Shown here piece by piece: positions 1-11,314 of a stretch of 64,000 nt of DNA. The stretch spans positions 1,652-65,651 of the forward strand of contig JAZNVV010000038.1 in the NCBI GenBank assembly GCA_045593005.1. Reading direction: 5' to 3'. Source of the DNA: Christensenellaceae bacterium. Lineage in GTDB: Bacteria; Bacillota; Clostridia; Christensenellales; Borkfalkiaceae. Each line of letters begins with the position of its first letter. Within the stretch, counting starts at the first letter, position 1. A model generated the notes under the pieces. That model did not search any database. It was not told where the DNA came from and saw nothing but the letters and a program-made list of their open reading frames with translations. The position numbers were made by a program, and so were the translations under genes.

Positions 1-3000
1 TTTTCAAGTGATTTAAGGTTTTTAAATCCAAAGAAAGCGTCGTCTTTGCCTACGTAAAATGCAGTTGCCCCTATGTCTTTTAACATCTTTTTAATAAGAG
101 CAATCTTGATAAGATTAATCGTCTCTAACGGTGCGTCGCCGTAAGTATCTTCAAGTAGAGCAAGCACTTCGTCAGCCTCTTCTTTTGAAGAAATTTCGGC
201 AATTTCCTTATACGCATCCATTCTTCCGTTAGCATTTTCGATATATTCGTCGGGAATATACGCTGAAACCTTTACGTCAAGGTCTATAAACTGTTCTTCA
301 TTAACCCCGTCAAGTTCTTCTTTTAATAATTTTGAATAAAGCTCGTAACCAACTTTGTCAAGATGACCGTGCTGTTGTGCGCCCAAAACGTTGCCAGCCC
401 CACGAATTTCAAGGTCGCGCATTGCAATTTTAAAGCCACTACCCATTTCAGTAAATTCCATAAGCGACGACAACCTTTTATAAGCGACGTCAGATAAAAC
501 TTTTTCACGCTTGAAAGTAAAATATGCGTGCGCAAGACGATTACTTCTACCCACCCTACCACGTAATTGATATAAAGTAGAAAGCCCCAGCAAATCGGCG
601 TCGATAACTATTATAGTATTTGCCTTTGGTAAGTCAATGCCGTTTTCTATAATTGTTGTGGCAAGCAAAACGTCCGTTTCTCCACGATAAAATTCGCTAA
701 TATTTCTTTCAAGAACTTTTTCGTCCATTTGTCCGTGAGCGATAGTAAGTTTTATTGACGGCAATAAATTTTTTATTTTTTCAGCAAAGTGGTCTATTGT
801 TTCAACACGGTTATAAAGTATAAACACCTGCCCACCACGCATAACTTCACGTCGGACGGCGTCGGTTATTAACGCATCCGTCTGCTCGGTAACGTAAGTT
901 TGAACGGGCAATCTTTCTTTTGGTGGTGTATTTATCGTACTAATATCCCTTATTCCTGACAGCGACATGTGTAGCGTTCTTGGTATAGGTGTAGCCGTCA
1001 AAGTAATAGTATCCACGTTGTTTTTAAGCGTTTTGATTTTTTCCTTATGTTCAACGCCAAAGCGCTGTTCTTCATCAAGAACTAAAAGTCCCAAGTCCTT
1101 AAACTTTACGTCGGAAGAAAGAAGTCTATGCGTGCCTATAATAAAGTCGATTTTTCCTTCGGAAAGTTTTTGTAAAACTTCCGATTGTTGCTTTTTAGTC
1201 TTAAACCGGTCAAGACTTTCAATATTTATGCTAAAATCAGCAAATCTTTTTTTTGCCGTATTAAAATGTTGTTCGGCTAGTATGGTAGTTGGCGCAAGCA
1301 TAACGGCTTGCTTTCCGTTAACGACTGCTCTAAATACAGCCCTAAACGCAACCTCCGTCTTGCCAAAACCCACGTCCCCACAAAGCAACCTATCCATTAC
1401 TTTACGTGAGCACATATCTTCCCTAATATCTTCATTTGCCGAAATTTGGTCGGGCGTATCCTCAAACCCAAACGCTCCGTCAAACGCGTCTTGAAGGTCC
1501 TCTGCCTCCTCAAATTCGTAACCGTTTTTGCGTGAACGTTCTTCGTATAACTTCTTTAAGTCAAACGAAAGTTGTCTTAAACTTTCCCTGACACGTTGCT
1601 TAATTCGGTCAAAGTCCTTGCCACCTATTTTTGACAGCGACGGCTCTTTTTCGCCCCCAACGTATCGGGTAAGTGCGTCCAACTGCTCCACAGGGACGTA
1701 TAAAATATCCCCACCTTTATAGGCTACGGCAACGTAATCTTTCGTACCAAGTCCCGTCGTTAATTTTTTGTTGCCTATTACCTTACCTATACCGTGAATT
1801 TCGTGTACGGCGTAGTCACCGGCAACTGGCGCTGAAAAGAAAACTTTTGTCTTTTGTCTACTTCTTTTTTCCTTCTTTTTAGGCTTTAAGTATATATCGT
1901 CAGAGCCGATTGCAACAGCTTTTAGTCCGTGGCAAATAAACCCTTCCGGCATTGTTGAAGGAGTAACGGTAACCCCTTTGCCTACAGGTATGCCGTCCGT
2001 CCATAAATCTTCAGAAAGTTTTTGCGCTCTTTCAATATCTGCTGTGAAAAGTTCAACCGTGTAGTGATTATCAACCCACGCTCTAACGTCGTTCACAAGG
2101 TCTTTATATTTACCTAAATATTTAGGCGACGGGCTAGATTTAACGTTAATTATCTTCAACGGATTAAAAAATCTAACGTCTGCAGTAAGCGCTTGGAAGG
2201 CTACAAGCCTTTTTTTATTAAACCCTATAATAAGTTCTTCGGGCGAAACTAACTGATATTTATCAGCATCAAATACTTCACCCTCATTATATAACGCATA
2301 AAATCTTTCGTTATGCTCTTTATAAATTGCGTCTAAAACGTCGTGTAAAACTCGTGGCTCACTATAAATAACAGCATCAAAATTTATCGCGTCGTATATA
2401 GGCGCAAAGTTTGAAAGCAACGGAATAATCGACGTCAACTGCGCGTAGTTTTTTTGAAGTAAATTTTCTTTTATTTCTTGACAAAATTCAGAAAATCTTT
2501 CGTTCTTTTTTCCCTTAAAATTAATAATTTCTTCGTCTATTTGCTTGTTTAATTCAGATAAGTCCTCATTTTTATAACTTATCTCCGTCGCAGGAATAAC
2601 GCTAACCGATTGCACTATCGAAACGGTGCTATTATCCTCCACGTTATAAACTTTTATCCTTTCAATCTCGTCACCAAAAAAGTCAATTCTAACCGGATTA
2701 TTTTCACCGACAGGATATATGTCAAAAATATCGCCACGACGGGCAAAAGTACCGTTTGCCTCACATAACGGAACTTTTACGTAGCCCATTAAAACTAACT
2801 CTTTTTCAAGTTCAATAACGTCGTATTCGTTGCCCTTTTGTAATGATAAAACTTTAACGTTTGTAGGATATAAGCCCATAATTGCAGGTAACGTAGCTAC
2901 GATTATTTCGGCATCAGAATTTGCTGAAACAATGCCTTTTATTCGTTTAAATTGAGCGTCTTTTGAAAAAGCCTTCGACGTTAACAGCAATTCTTCTCTT

Positions 3001-3242
3001 TCATATAAAACGGCTACCTTTTTAGTGGTTAGTCCACTCAATTCTTTTGCCGTTTTTTCTGCTTCCAAAAAGTCTTTAACAACGTATAAAATTTTGCCTT
3101 CCATTAAAGTTAGAAGGTAGCATTTGACACCAAACGGTATGCCAAAAGCCGCCAAAGGAACTCCGTGGCGGTATGATTCGACTACTTCGCGTATGTCGTT
3201 TTCAGTATTAAATTTGTTGAATTTAGAAACAATTTCGGACAT
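1..3242 (-). CDS. mfd: Transcription-repair coupling factor Mfd, C-terminal end cut by window edge (about 1080 aa present)
   Basis: Missing from the ORF track because no stop codon lies inside the window. Manual translation from the ATG at 3242 (MSEIVSKFNKFNTEND...) stays open to position 1. Helicase motifs GDVGFGKTEVA, LDEEQRFGV, LTATPIPRT and QLRGRVGRS are present. It lies directly downstream of pth, as in other Bacillota. Confidence 0.9.
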   Translation of the reverse strand, partial: MSEIVSKFNKFNTENDIREVVESYRHGVPLAAFGIPFGVKCYLLTLMEGKILYVVKDFLEAEKTAKELSGLTTKKVAVLYEREELLLTSKAFSKDAQFKRIKGIVSANSDAEIIVATLPAIMGLYPTNVKVLSLQKGNEYDVIELEKELVLMGYVKVPLCEANGTFARRGDIFDIYPVGENNPVRIDFFGDEIERIKVYNVEDNSTVSIVQSVSVIPATEISYKNEDLSELNKQIDEEIINFKGKKNERFSEFCQEIKENLLQKNYAQLTSIIPLLSNFAPIYDAINFDAVIYSEPRVLHDVLDAIYKEHNERFYALYNEGEVFDADKYQLVSPEELIIGFNKKRLVAFQALTADVRFFNPLKIINVKSSPSPKYLGKYKDLVNDVRAWVDNHYTVELFTADIERAQKLSEDLWTDGIPVGKGVTVTPSTMPEGFICHGLKAVAIGSDDIYLKPKKKEKRSRQKTKVFFSAPVAGDYAVHEIHGIGKVIGNKKLTTGLGTKDYVAVAYKGGDILYVPVEQLDALTRYVGGEKEPSLSKIGGKDFDRIKQRVRESLRQLSFDLKKLYEERSRKNGYEFEEAEDLQDAFDGAFGFEDTPDQISANEDIREDMCSRKVMDRLLCGDVGFGKTEVAFRAVFRAVVNGKQAVMLAPTTILAEQHFNTAKKRFADFSINIESLDRFKTKKQQSEVLQKLSEGKIDFIIGTHRLLSSDVKFKDLGLLVLDEEQRFGVEHKEKIKTLKNNVDTITLTATPIPRTLHMSLSGIRDISTINTPPKERLPVQTYVTEQTDALITDAVRREVMRGGQVFILYNRVETIDHFAEKIKNLLPSIKLTIAHGQMDEKVLERNISEFYRGETDVLLATTIIENGIDLPKANTIIVIDADLLGLSTLYQLRGRVGRSNRLAHAYFTFKREKVLSDVAYKRLSSLMEFTEMGSGFKIAMRDLEIRGAGNVLGAQQHGHLDKVGYELYSKLLKEELDGVNEEQFIDLDVKVSAYIPDEYIENANGRMDAYKEIAEISSKEEADEVLALLEDTYGDAPLETINLIKIALIKKMLKDIGATAFYVGKDDAFFGFKNLKSLE

Positions 3243-3248
3243 ATGTAA

Positions 3249-3830
3249 TTATTGAATTTCGATAACGCTACCGTTATACGTCCTCATAATAAAATCGAAA
3301 TCTTTTCCCTCGGCAAAGGCTTTTGCAGCATCAGACGCGCGTTTGATTGATTTTTCAAAAATAGGTTTATCTTCTGCCAAAATCCCCGACAATACATAAT
3401 TTATAAGTTCTATTTTTGGGTTATCAGGCTTAAAGCCTATTCTTATGCGAGCAAAATTTTGCGTGCCAAGCATTTTAACGATATTGCGCATACCGTTGTG
3501 CGTGCCGGCTGAACCACTTTTACGTATTCTGACGTCGCCTTTAGGCAAATCAAAGTCGTCGTAAATGACTATAACGTCCTCTGGGCTGATTTTGTAGTAG
3601 GAACAAAGTTCGTAAACGCTTTCCCCACTCAAATTCATATATGTTTGTGGTTTTGCAAATATAACCTTTTCTTTACCGACGTAAGCGCTACCTATAAGCG
3701 CCCTGCACGAATCTTTATTGACGTACACGCCAAGTTCGTCACATAAAACGTCGATTGCCGAAAACCCTAAATTATGGTAAGTCCCTTTATATTCTTTATC
3801 AGGGTTACCAAGTCCAACAATAAGTTTCAT
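3249..3830 (-). CDS. pth: Peptidyl-tRNA hydrolase
   Basis: 193 aa. N-terminus MKLIVGLGNPDKEY..YHNLGF and the NGMRN motif are typical of Pth. Sits in a prs-pth-mfd context. Confidence 0.95.
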   Translation of the reverse strand: MKLIVGLGNPDKEYKGTYHNLGFSAIDVLCDELGVYVNKDSCRALIGSAYVGKEKVIFAKPQTYMNLSGESVYELCSYYKISPEDVIVIYDDFDLPKGDVRIRKSGSAGTHNGMRNIVKMLGTQNFARIRIGFKPDNPKIELINYVLSGILAEDKPIFEKSIKRASDAAKAFAEGKDFDFIMRTYNGSVIEIQ

Positions 3831-3844
3831 AAAAAGTCCTTTTT

Positions 3845-3876
3845 AGAAAAGAAAAGCCGACGATAAGTCGGCTTTT
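3845..3876 (-). terminator. Intrinsic terminator after prs
   Basis: GC-rich hairpin aaagccgac-ttat-gtcggcttt followed by a T-run on the minus strand. Confidence 0.7.
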
Positions 3877-3882
3877 GTGTGT

Positions 3883-4839
3883 TTAGTAAATTTCCGACAA
3901 TGATTTGTCATGGAAAATTTGATTAATTGCCTTTGCAAAGTAAGGAGCAACCGAAAGTTTTTTGATTTTTTTGCAGTTTAATACTTCTTCTGGGAAATCA
4001 ATGGTATCTAATACTGCAATCTCTTTAATGCAAGAGTTTGTAAGTCTTTCAATAGCAGGACCACTTAATACCCCGTGTGAGCAACAAGCGTAAACTTCTT
4101 TAGCGCCGTTCTTTTTAAGCGCTTCAGCCCCGTTAACGATAGTGCCTGCAGTATCAATCATATCGTCTACCATAAGGCAAATCTTGCCTTCGATATCACC
4201 GATAATATTCATAACTTCCATTACGTTTGCCTTTGGTCTTCTCTTATCAATAATAGCAAACTGTAAGCCAAGGTCTTTTGCAAAGTTTCTCGCTCTTGCA
4301 ACCGAGCCAACGTCTGGCGAAATTACAACGTAGTCGTCAGGGTTGTCCTTGATTAAATCTTTATAATATTTTGAAAGAATAGGCGCTCCGTAAAGGTGGT
4401 TTACTGGAATATCGAAAAAGCCTTGAATTTGTGCTGCGTGAAGGTCAAGAGTAACAATACTGTCTACACCTGCGCCTTGGAGCATATTTGCAACAAGTTT
4501 TGCTGTAATAGGATCTCTTGGTCTTGCCTTTCTATCCTGTCTTGCATAACCGAAGTATGGCATAACTGCCGTTATCTTTGCTGCCGACGCTCTTTTAATT
4601 GCGTCAACCATAATTAAAAGTTCCATAAGGTTACTGTTAACAGGATTAGACGTTGATTGAATAATAAATACGTCTTTACCTCTAACTGTTTCAGGAATAG
4701 AAACGCTAATTTCTCCATCAGAGAAAGTTTTTACTTCTGCATCGCAAAGTTTTGTGTCTAATTCTTTAGCGATTGCTTCTGCTAACGCTTTGTTAGAGTT
4801 ACCTGCATAAAGTGCAATGGCATTACCGTGTAAATTCAT
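3883..4839 (-). CDS. prs: Ribose-phosphate pyrophosphokinase
   Basis: 318 aa. PRPP-binding loop VDDMIDTAGT and the YARQDRK motif. Confidence 0.96.
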   Translation of the reverse strand: MNLHGNAIALYAGNSNKALAEAIAKELDTKLCDAEVKTFSDGEISVSIPETVRGKDVFIIQSTSNPVNSNLMELLIMVDAIKRASAAKITAVMPYFGYARQDRKARPRDPITAKLVANMLQGAGVDSIVTLDLHAAQIQGFFDIPVNHLYGAPILSKYYKDLIKDNPDDYVVISPDVGSVARARNFAKDLGLQFAIIDKRRPKANVMEVMNIIGDIEGKICLMVDDMIDTAGTIVNGAEALKKNGAKEVYACCSHGVLSGPAIERLTNSCIKEIAVLDTIDFPEEVLNCKKIKKLSVAPYFAKAINQIFHDKSLSEIY

Positions 4840-4875
4840 TATAGTCCTCGCTTTTGTATTATTTATAACATATAT

Positions 4876-4904
4876 ATTGTAAAACTTTAAATGAAGTTAG
4901 TCAA
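4876..4904 (-). promoter_or_regulatory. Sigma-70 type promoter for prs
   Basis: Minus strand reads TTGACT, 17 nt spacer, TACAAT, upstream of the prs start. Confidence 0.55.
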
Positions 4905-4921
4905 GTCTTTAAGGCGAATAG

Positions 4922-5362
4922 TTAATTTCTTTTCGCTTTAAAATAATTTTTTAACATATTAGAGCATTCTTCTTCCATAATTCCACCCTCGAATTCGGTA
5001 ACGTGATTAAGTCCACCCTCGCTCAATATATTAAATTTTGAAATTGCCCCACCACTTTTTTGTTCGTACGCACCAAAATACACCTTTTTTATCCTTGCGT
5101 TAACGATTGCGCCAGCACACATAGGACACGGCTCTAACGTTACGTACATTTCAGCCCCGTCAAGTCGCCAACTTTTAAGCTTTTTGCAAGCTTTATTTAT
5201 CGCTAAAATTTCAGCGTGGGCAGTTGCCATTTGTGTGGTTTCGCGCTTGTTATAAGCCGACGCAATAACTTTACCGTTACAAACGATAACGGCGCCTATA
5301 GGCACTTCGTCTAACTCTATCGCCTTTTTTGCCAAAGTAATGGCTTTTTTCATATAATTCAT
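4922..5362 (-). CDS. tadA: tRNA-specific adenosine deaminase
   Basis: 146 aa. CMP/dCMP deaminase zinc motifs HAE and PCPMCAGA. Confidence 0.9.
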   Translation of the reverse strand: MNYMKKAITLAKKAIELDEVPIGAVIVCNGKVIASAYNKRETTQMATAHAEILAINKACKKLKSWRLDGAEMYVTLEPCPMCAGAIVNARIKKVYFGAYEQKSGGAISKFNILSEGGLNHVTEFEGGIMEEECSNMLKNYFKAKRN

Positions 5363-5416
5363 TTCTTCACCTTATATTTTGGTCGTTTTTCACGATACCG
5401 TTGCTCTCAAAACGTT

Positions 5417-6175
5417 TCATTTAAGCATTTTTATTAAGCAAATAGGCACGTCTTTAATTTCTTCAAAAATGCCGTCGCTTTCATCTAAAGATATCGGGTG
5501 CGACAAGTCGTCGCTACCAACTTCAATGGTGAACGACAAAATTCCATATTCTTGCAAAACCCAGTCTTTGTAACCACCAGCCGACTTTAAGCCGGTTTTT
5601 ATTTTATACCCAGTCAGCGCCGAAATTTGTTCGGCATACGGTCGGTGCTTTTCTTTTAAATTTTCGTCGTTAAAGTCATAATAAATTTCCCTGCCCTTAC
5701 TGTGAAAACTTATTGTAGCGTCCGGCATTAAGAACTGCGTAAAGGACGTTAACGCTTGCACTTCTTTAGCGCAGGCAGGCGCACTTCCTATATAATCGGA
5801 ACAGCTACGCTGTAACTTATTACTTGCCCCCGTCCCCCACTTTGCTGGGAAATTAACGTTTAAATCTACGCCTTTGGCGTTTGCCTTATAGTTAGGTATA
5901 GTTTTTACTATTTTAACGCCGTCGACATTAATTAGTGGCGCAATAACAACTCTGCCGTAAGGCAATTTACTTTTTAAATATTCCACTTCCTTAATCAATA
6001 TATCGGCAGTAATATACTCTCTTGCGTGGATAGCGCCCTGAATAAAAATAAGGGGACGGCATGTTTTTCCGACGTCAAAATAATATATAGGTCGGTTTAA
6101 CTCTGTGTAACCTAAAATCCCCTTTTCCCCTTCGTAAAGGGAATAAAAATGTGTGATTTTTTCTATAATTTCCAT
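5417..6175 (-). CDS. M14 family zinc carboxypeptidase (gamma-D-glutamyl-diamino acid peptidase-like)
   Basis: 252 aa. HxxE zinc motif (GAIHAREYIT) and a downstream H in SFHS, typical of the M14 fold. Confidence 0.7.
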   Translation of the reverse strand: MEIIEKITHFYSLYEGEKGILGYTELNRPIYYFDVGKTCRPLIFIQGAIHAREYITADILIKEVEYLKSKLPYGRVVIAPLINVDGVKIVKTIPNYKANAKGVDLNVNFPAKWGTGASNKLQRSCSDYIGSAPACAKEVQALTSFTQFLMPDATISFHSKGREIYYDFNDENLKEKHRPYAEQISALTGYKIKTGLKSAGGYKDWVLQEYGILSFTIEVGSDDLSHPISLDESDGIFEEIKDVPICLIKMLK

Positions 6176-6199
6176 ACTTAAAAATATGAAAACGCATAA

Positions 6200-6667
6200 T
6201 TATTTGTGATATACCGAGCCGGAATTCAACATAAACGCTCTATAAATTTGCTCGGTAAGCATAAGCCTAAATAACGTATGTGGAAAGGTCATTTTTGAAA
6301 AAGAAATAAGTTCAGCACGCTTTTTAATTTCATCACCAAGTCCGTAAGAGCCCCCTATCACAAAAGTTATCTCACTATCCGTCAATGACGACGAAATTAG
6401 TTTTTTAGCAAAATCTTCGCTGGAAAAATTCTTCCCTTCAATAGCCATTGCATAAATTTTGCCTTTTAGGTGAGGAATAATACGTTCTTCTTCCCTTTTC
6501 TTTATAACAAGCACGTCGCCTGCAGACGCTTTTGTATAATTTTCTTCAGCAACTTCAATGATGCGAAAATTGCAAAATCTTAAAAGGCGTTTTGAATATT
6601 CTTCTATACCGTCGGCAAAGTATTTTTCCTTAATCTTGCCAACTGCTACAATATTTACTTTAAGCAT
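6200..6667 (-). CDS. rlmH: 23S rRNA (pseudouridine1915-N3)-methyltransferase RlmH
   Basis: 155 aa SPOUT protein ending GxxYHK. VIGGSYGL motif. Confidence 0.9.
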   Translation of the reverse strand: MLKVNIVAVGKIKEKYFADGIEEYSKRLLRFCNFRIIEVAEENYTKASAGDVLVIKKREEERIIPHLKGKIYAMAIEGKNFSSEDFAKKLISSSLTDSEITFVIGGSYGLGDEIKKRAELISFSKMTFPHTLFRLMLTEQIYRAFMLNSGSVYHK

Positions 6668-7547
6668 ATAAATTAGTTAAAATGGAAATTACCATCATTA
6701 AAACGCTGAATACAACGCCTACCCAAGCGCCCTTGTAAAAGTTTATGCAGGTAAACTTAACGCCTTGATTAAACTTTTTACCAAGCATCACTACTACTAT
6801 TGCGCCGATAAATACCACAAGCCCGATTATTGTCGTAACAATATTAAACGGATTGAAGTTAACGTACATGCACGTGATAATTAAAAAGTTATTTAAAAAA
6901 TGCATCAAAACGGCAGGCAAAATTGAACCCGTTCTTATAGCGATAAGAGTAAGGGCAAAACCCCAAGCAAACTGATAAACAATTTGCGCAGGATTTGCGT
7001 GGAATAACGCAAAAGTAATGCCTATAAAAAAGGAAATTTTAAGGTCAGTCTTGCCATCTGTAACACCAGCCTCTGCTACACAGAAATTAACAAAAGTGTA
7101 TAAAACGACGCCTCTAAACAAAATTTCTTCACCAACAGCAGGGGCTATCGCCGTACCGATTACATACTTAACGTAGTCGCCAAACCCGTCCATAGTAATA
7201 TTTTGAACGGTAATTGCACCAGCTTTAACAAGTTCGTTTCCGATAACGATATTTACGTAGCCAAAGCCAAGCATTAACCCTATTGACATTACTATAGCAA
7301 TAATTAAATACTTAACGCTAAACTTTTTTACCTTTATACCTTCTGTGAAAAATATCTGCTTTTCTTTAAGGTAAAAAGTAGACGCAAGTATAAATACGAT
7401 AGGTTGTATAAGACTTAAAATCATATCAACCGTCGATTGACTTTTAAGGTTTAAGCCAGAATAAATCATTGTGAAAAAAGCGCCTAAAAGTATTACGATT
7501 GAATAAAAAGAACCAAACTTTTTTTGATGATATAACGAAACTTCCAT
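6660..7547 (-). CDS. CPBP family intramembrane glutamic endopeptidase (CAAX protease-like)
   Basis: Multi-TM protein with EEILFRG, FALFH and HFLNN motifs. Start moved to the ATG at 7547, which follows a GGAG SD; the ORF track begins at 7601. Confidence 0.75.
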   Translation of the reverse strand: MEVSLYHQKKFGSFYSIVILLGAFFTMIYSGLNLKSQSTVDMILSLIQPIVFILASTFYLKEKQIFFTEGIKVKKFSVKYLIIAIVMSIGLMLGFGYVNIVIGNELVKAGAITVQNITMDGFGDYVKYVIGTAIAPAVGEEILFRGVVLYTFVNFCVAEAGVTDGKTDLKISFFIGITFALFHANPAQIVYQFAWGFALTLIAIRTGSILPAVLMHFLNNFLIITCMYVNFNPFNIVTTIIGLVVFIGAIVVVMLGKKFNQGVKFTCINFYKGAWVGVVFSVLMMVISILTNLYA

Positions 7548-7626
7548 GTTTACTCCTATTAACATATAAAGTATATCACAAGGTAAAGTAAAAGAAAACA
7601 AAATGCAATATATTTTTAATTTTCAA

Positions 7627-7656
7627 CAAAAAAAAGGCACTTTATAGTGCCTTTTT
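7627..7656 (-). terminator. Intrinsic terminator after guaB (bidirectional shape)
   Basis: Hairpin ggcac-tttata-gtgcc flanked by A and T runs. Confidence 0.7.
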
Positions 7657-7669
7657 ATTAATTATTATA

Positions 7670-9148
<1,479 letters not shown>

Positions 9149-9154
9149 TTATAA

Positions 9155-9721
9155 TTATCTTGATTTTACAAGCGCTAAATCTTGCGCAAGTAAAACAGTT
9201 TGTCCTTCATTTATTAAGTTAAGTTTTTCTTCTACCTGTGTATCGTAATCGCTAGTAAATCTAATAAGGTTATAAATAGGATTATAGCTTGTATAAGAAG
9301 TGTAAAATTTATCGTAAAGATTAAATACTTCATCAGCCGTGTTAATGTTAGAAGTTTCAACAAGCGAGAGAACGTAATTTGTCATAACGTATTCGGCATA
9401 TTTATCATAACCACCGTCCTGTGTGCTTGCGTACGTAGTAAAATCTTCGTGATATAAAAGTTCTTTACTATATTTAGATAAACAATTATAATCTTCTACT
9501 TCGCTTGCTAAATAAACAATTTCACCAAGGTCAGTAATATCTTCCGTCTTTTCATACTGGCGAACGGCAAATGAAAGAGCCGTCTTGTCCATCCCTAACC
9601 TAGACGTAACGTTAAACATAACACCTGGTGCAAACGCAATAAGCATTGCAAACGTAACAATAATTGCAACAAATACGGATATTAGCGTAATCAACGCTGT
9701 TTTTACAACAAGATTTTTCAA
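9155..9721 (-). CDS. Hypothetical membrane-anchored protein
   Basis: 188 aa with one N-terminal TM helix and no recognisable domain. Probably co-transcribed with guaB. Confidence 0.5.
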   Translation of the reverse strand: MKNLVVKTALITLISVFVAIIVTFAMLIAFAPGVMFNVTSRLGMDKTALSFAVRQYEKTEDITDLGEIVYLASEVEDYNCLSKYSKELLYHEDFTTYASTQDGGYDKYAEYVMTNYVLSLVETSNINTADEVFNLYDKFYTSYTSYNPIYNLIRFTSDYDTQVEEKLNLINEGQTVLLAQDLALVKSR

Positions 9722-9866
9722 TCGCTATACAATCCTTTTAAATATTTTTTCTATTCTAACATATTTATAAAGTAAAATCAATTTATTTTTAATAAATTAT
9801 TTGGATAATATTTCCTTTTCTATCATTTTACACCCCTTTTAATAATAAAATAAATGGAGGTGTATT

Positions 9867-10529
9867 ATGAAAAAAAGTCCTTTTTTATTTTTACTTGTTT
9901 TTTGCTTGTCTTTTTTTTGCGTAACCAGTTGCAAAAAAGAGTTTTCCTTAAATGACTACGTGTCCTATTGTCAAACTAACGTTTACGTTGGCGAATATAA
10001 CGGTTTAAAAATAACGGCATATTACGGTCAGGCAGAATTTCCTTATAAATCTGACGGAATAAAGGGCAACCTTTTGCCTTATCTGACTTTTAAGATAAAC
10101 GCTGTAGAACCAAACGCAAACTACCACGTTAGCGTTACGACGGATAAAGAATATCAATCAGATTTTTCGTTTGAACCTGTAAAAAGCCATCTGACAGCAA
10201 CGTTACCCGTTAAAAATCTTGACGCGTACACGTTTGACGCTACCGTTACCGTTAAAAACGAGCCAGTTGCCGTAAAATTCACCAGCATAATACCCGATAA
10301 TGTGATAACCGTCGACAAGGCTTTATCTTCTTTATACACTAATCAAAAAAGTTACGTTGATAGCCTAAAAGACGGAGATAATTTTAACGCAGAAATAATA
10401 ATTAAACTTACCGTCGTGAAAGAAAAACCTTACTACTACGTGGGTATTGCCGATAAAGACAATAACTACAAAGCACTACTTATAGACGGATATACTGCCG
10501 AAATATTAGCGATAAGAAACGTATATTAA
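9867..10529 (+). CDS. Hypothetical lipoprotein
   Basis: 220 aa. Signal peptide with lipobox-like VTSC. GGAGG SD upstream of the start. Confidence 0.6.
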   Translation: MKKSPFLFLLVFCLSFFCVTSCKKEFSLNDYVSYCQTNVYVGEYNGLKITAYYGQAEFPYKSDGIKGNLLPYLTFKINAVEPNANYHVSVTTDKEYQSDFSFEPVKSHLTATLPVKNLDAYTFDATVTVKNEPVAVKFTSIIPDNVITVDKALSSLYTNQKSYVDSLKDGDNFNAEIIIKLTVVKEKPYYYVGIADKDNNYKALLIDGYTAEILAIRNVY

Positions 10530-10601
10530 AATATGAAAAATATAAATAAATTTTATTTACGTCATATTTATCATATTTACTATAAACAATTTTAACAAAA
10601 A

Positions 10602-10625
10602 AAGGAAGGCGCAAAGCCTTCCTTT
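10602..10625 (-). terminator. Intrinsic terminator (bidirectional) between convergent genes
   Basis: Hairpin aaggaaggc-gcaa-gccttcctt with T-runs on both strands. Confidence 0.7.
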
Positions 10626-10633
10626 AATATTTC

Positions 10634-11176
10634 TTAAAACATACCAGCAAAAATAGCGTTAAGTGGATTTATTTCACAAATTTTGCTACCTTCAAGAAAA
10701 CCGTCGATTGCTGGCACGCCAAGGTTACCTAAAAGCGCAAGTATAGCCAAAATAATTGCACCGTAGATGGCAACGCTAAATACAACGCCTAAAACCTTGT
10801 CGATAATTACAACGTATGTAGCAGGCTCACGCTTTGGATCGAACTGATAGCGTAAAAGCCATTTCAAAATTCCAAGAAGAATACCTAATACGATAAATAA
10901 TGCAAGCGCGGCAATCGCGTAGAAGATAACAGTTACGATAGTATCTCCCATTCCCTTAATAATACCGTCGATTGATGCGCCAAGTGGCGTTATCATACTT
11001 GCAATAGCATCAATACCTTTAAGCTCTTTAACAATAATCGGAGCTAAAAGAACAACGCCTGCTAATCTAACGATTGTGAATATGTTGTTAAGTGGTCCTT
11101 TATGGAAACCACCGAAAAAGTTTACAACTGCAACGATGGCTAATAAAGCAATCACTATAATGTCAATAGTAACCAT
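10634..11176 (-). CDS. CvpA-like integral membrane protein
   Basis: 180 aa with 4-5 TM helices. Resembles the CvpA family in size and topology only. Confidence 0.45.
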   Translation of the reverse strand: MVTIDIIVIALLAIVAVVNFFGGFHKGPLNNIFTIVRLAGVVLLAPIIVKELKGIDAIASMITPLGASIDGIIKGMGDTIVTVIFYAIAALALFIVLGILLGILKWLLRYQFDPKREPATYVVIIDKVLGVVFSVAIYGAIILAILALLGNLGVPAIDGFLEGSKICEINPLNAIFAGMF

Positions 11177-11314
11177 AAATTACTCTCCCAAAAGTCTTGA
11201 GTATAATTTAAAACATATAAAAACCCAAGATACTGTATTTATAGTATATTATTTAAATATAAAAATGTCAATGTAATTTTAAAAAACAACCTTGATTTTT
11301 TAATATTTTTTATA

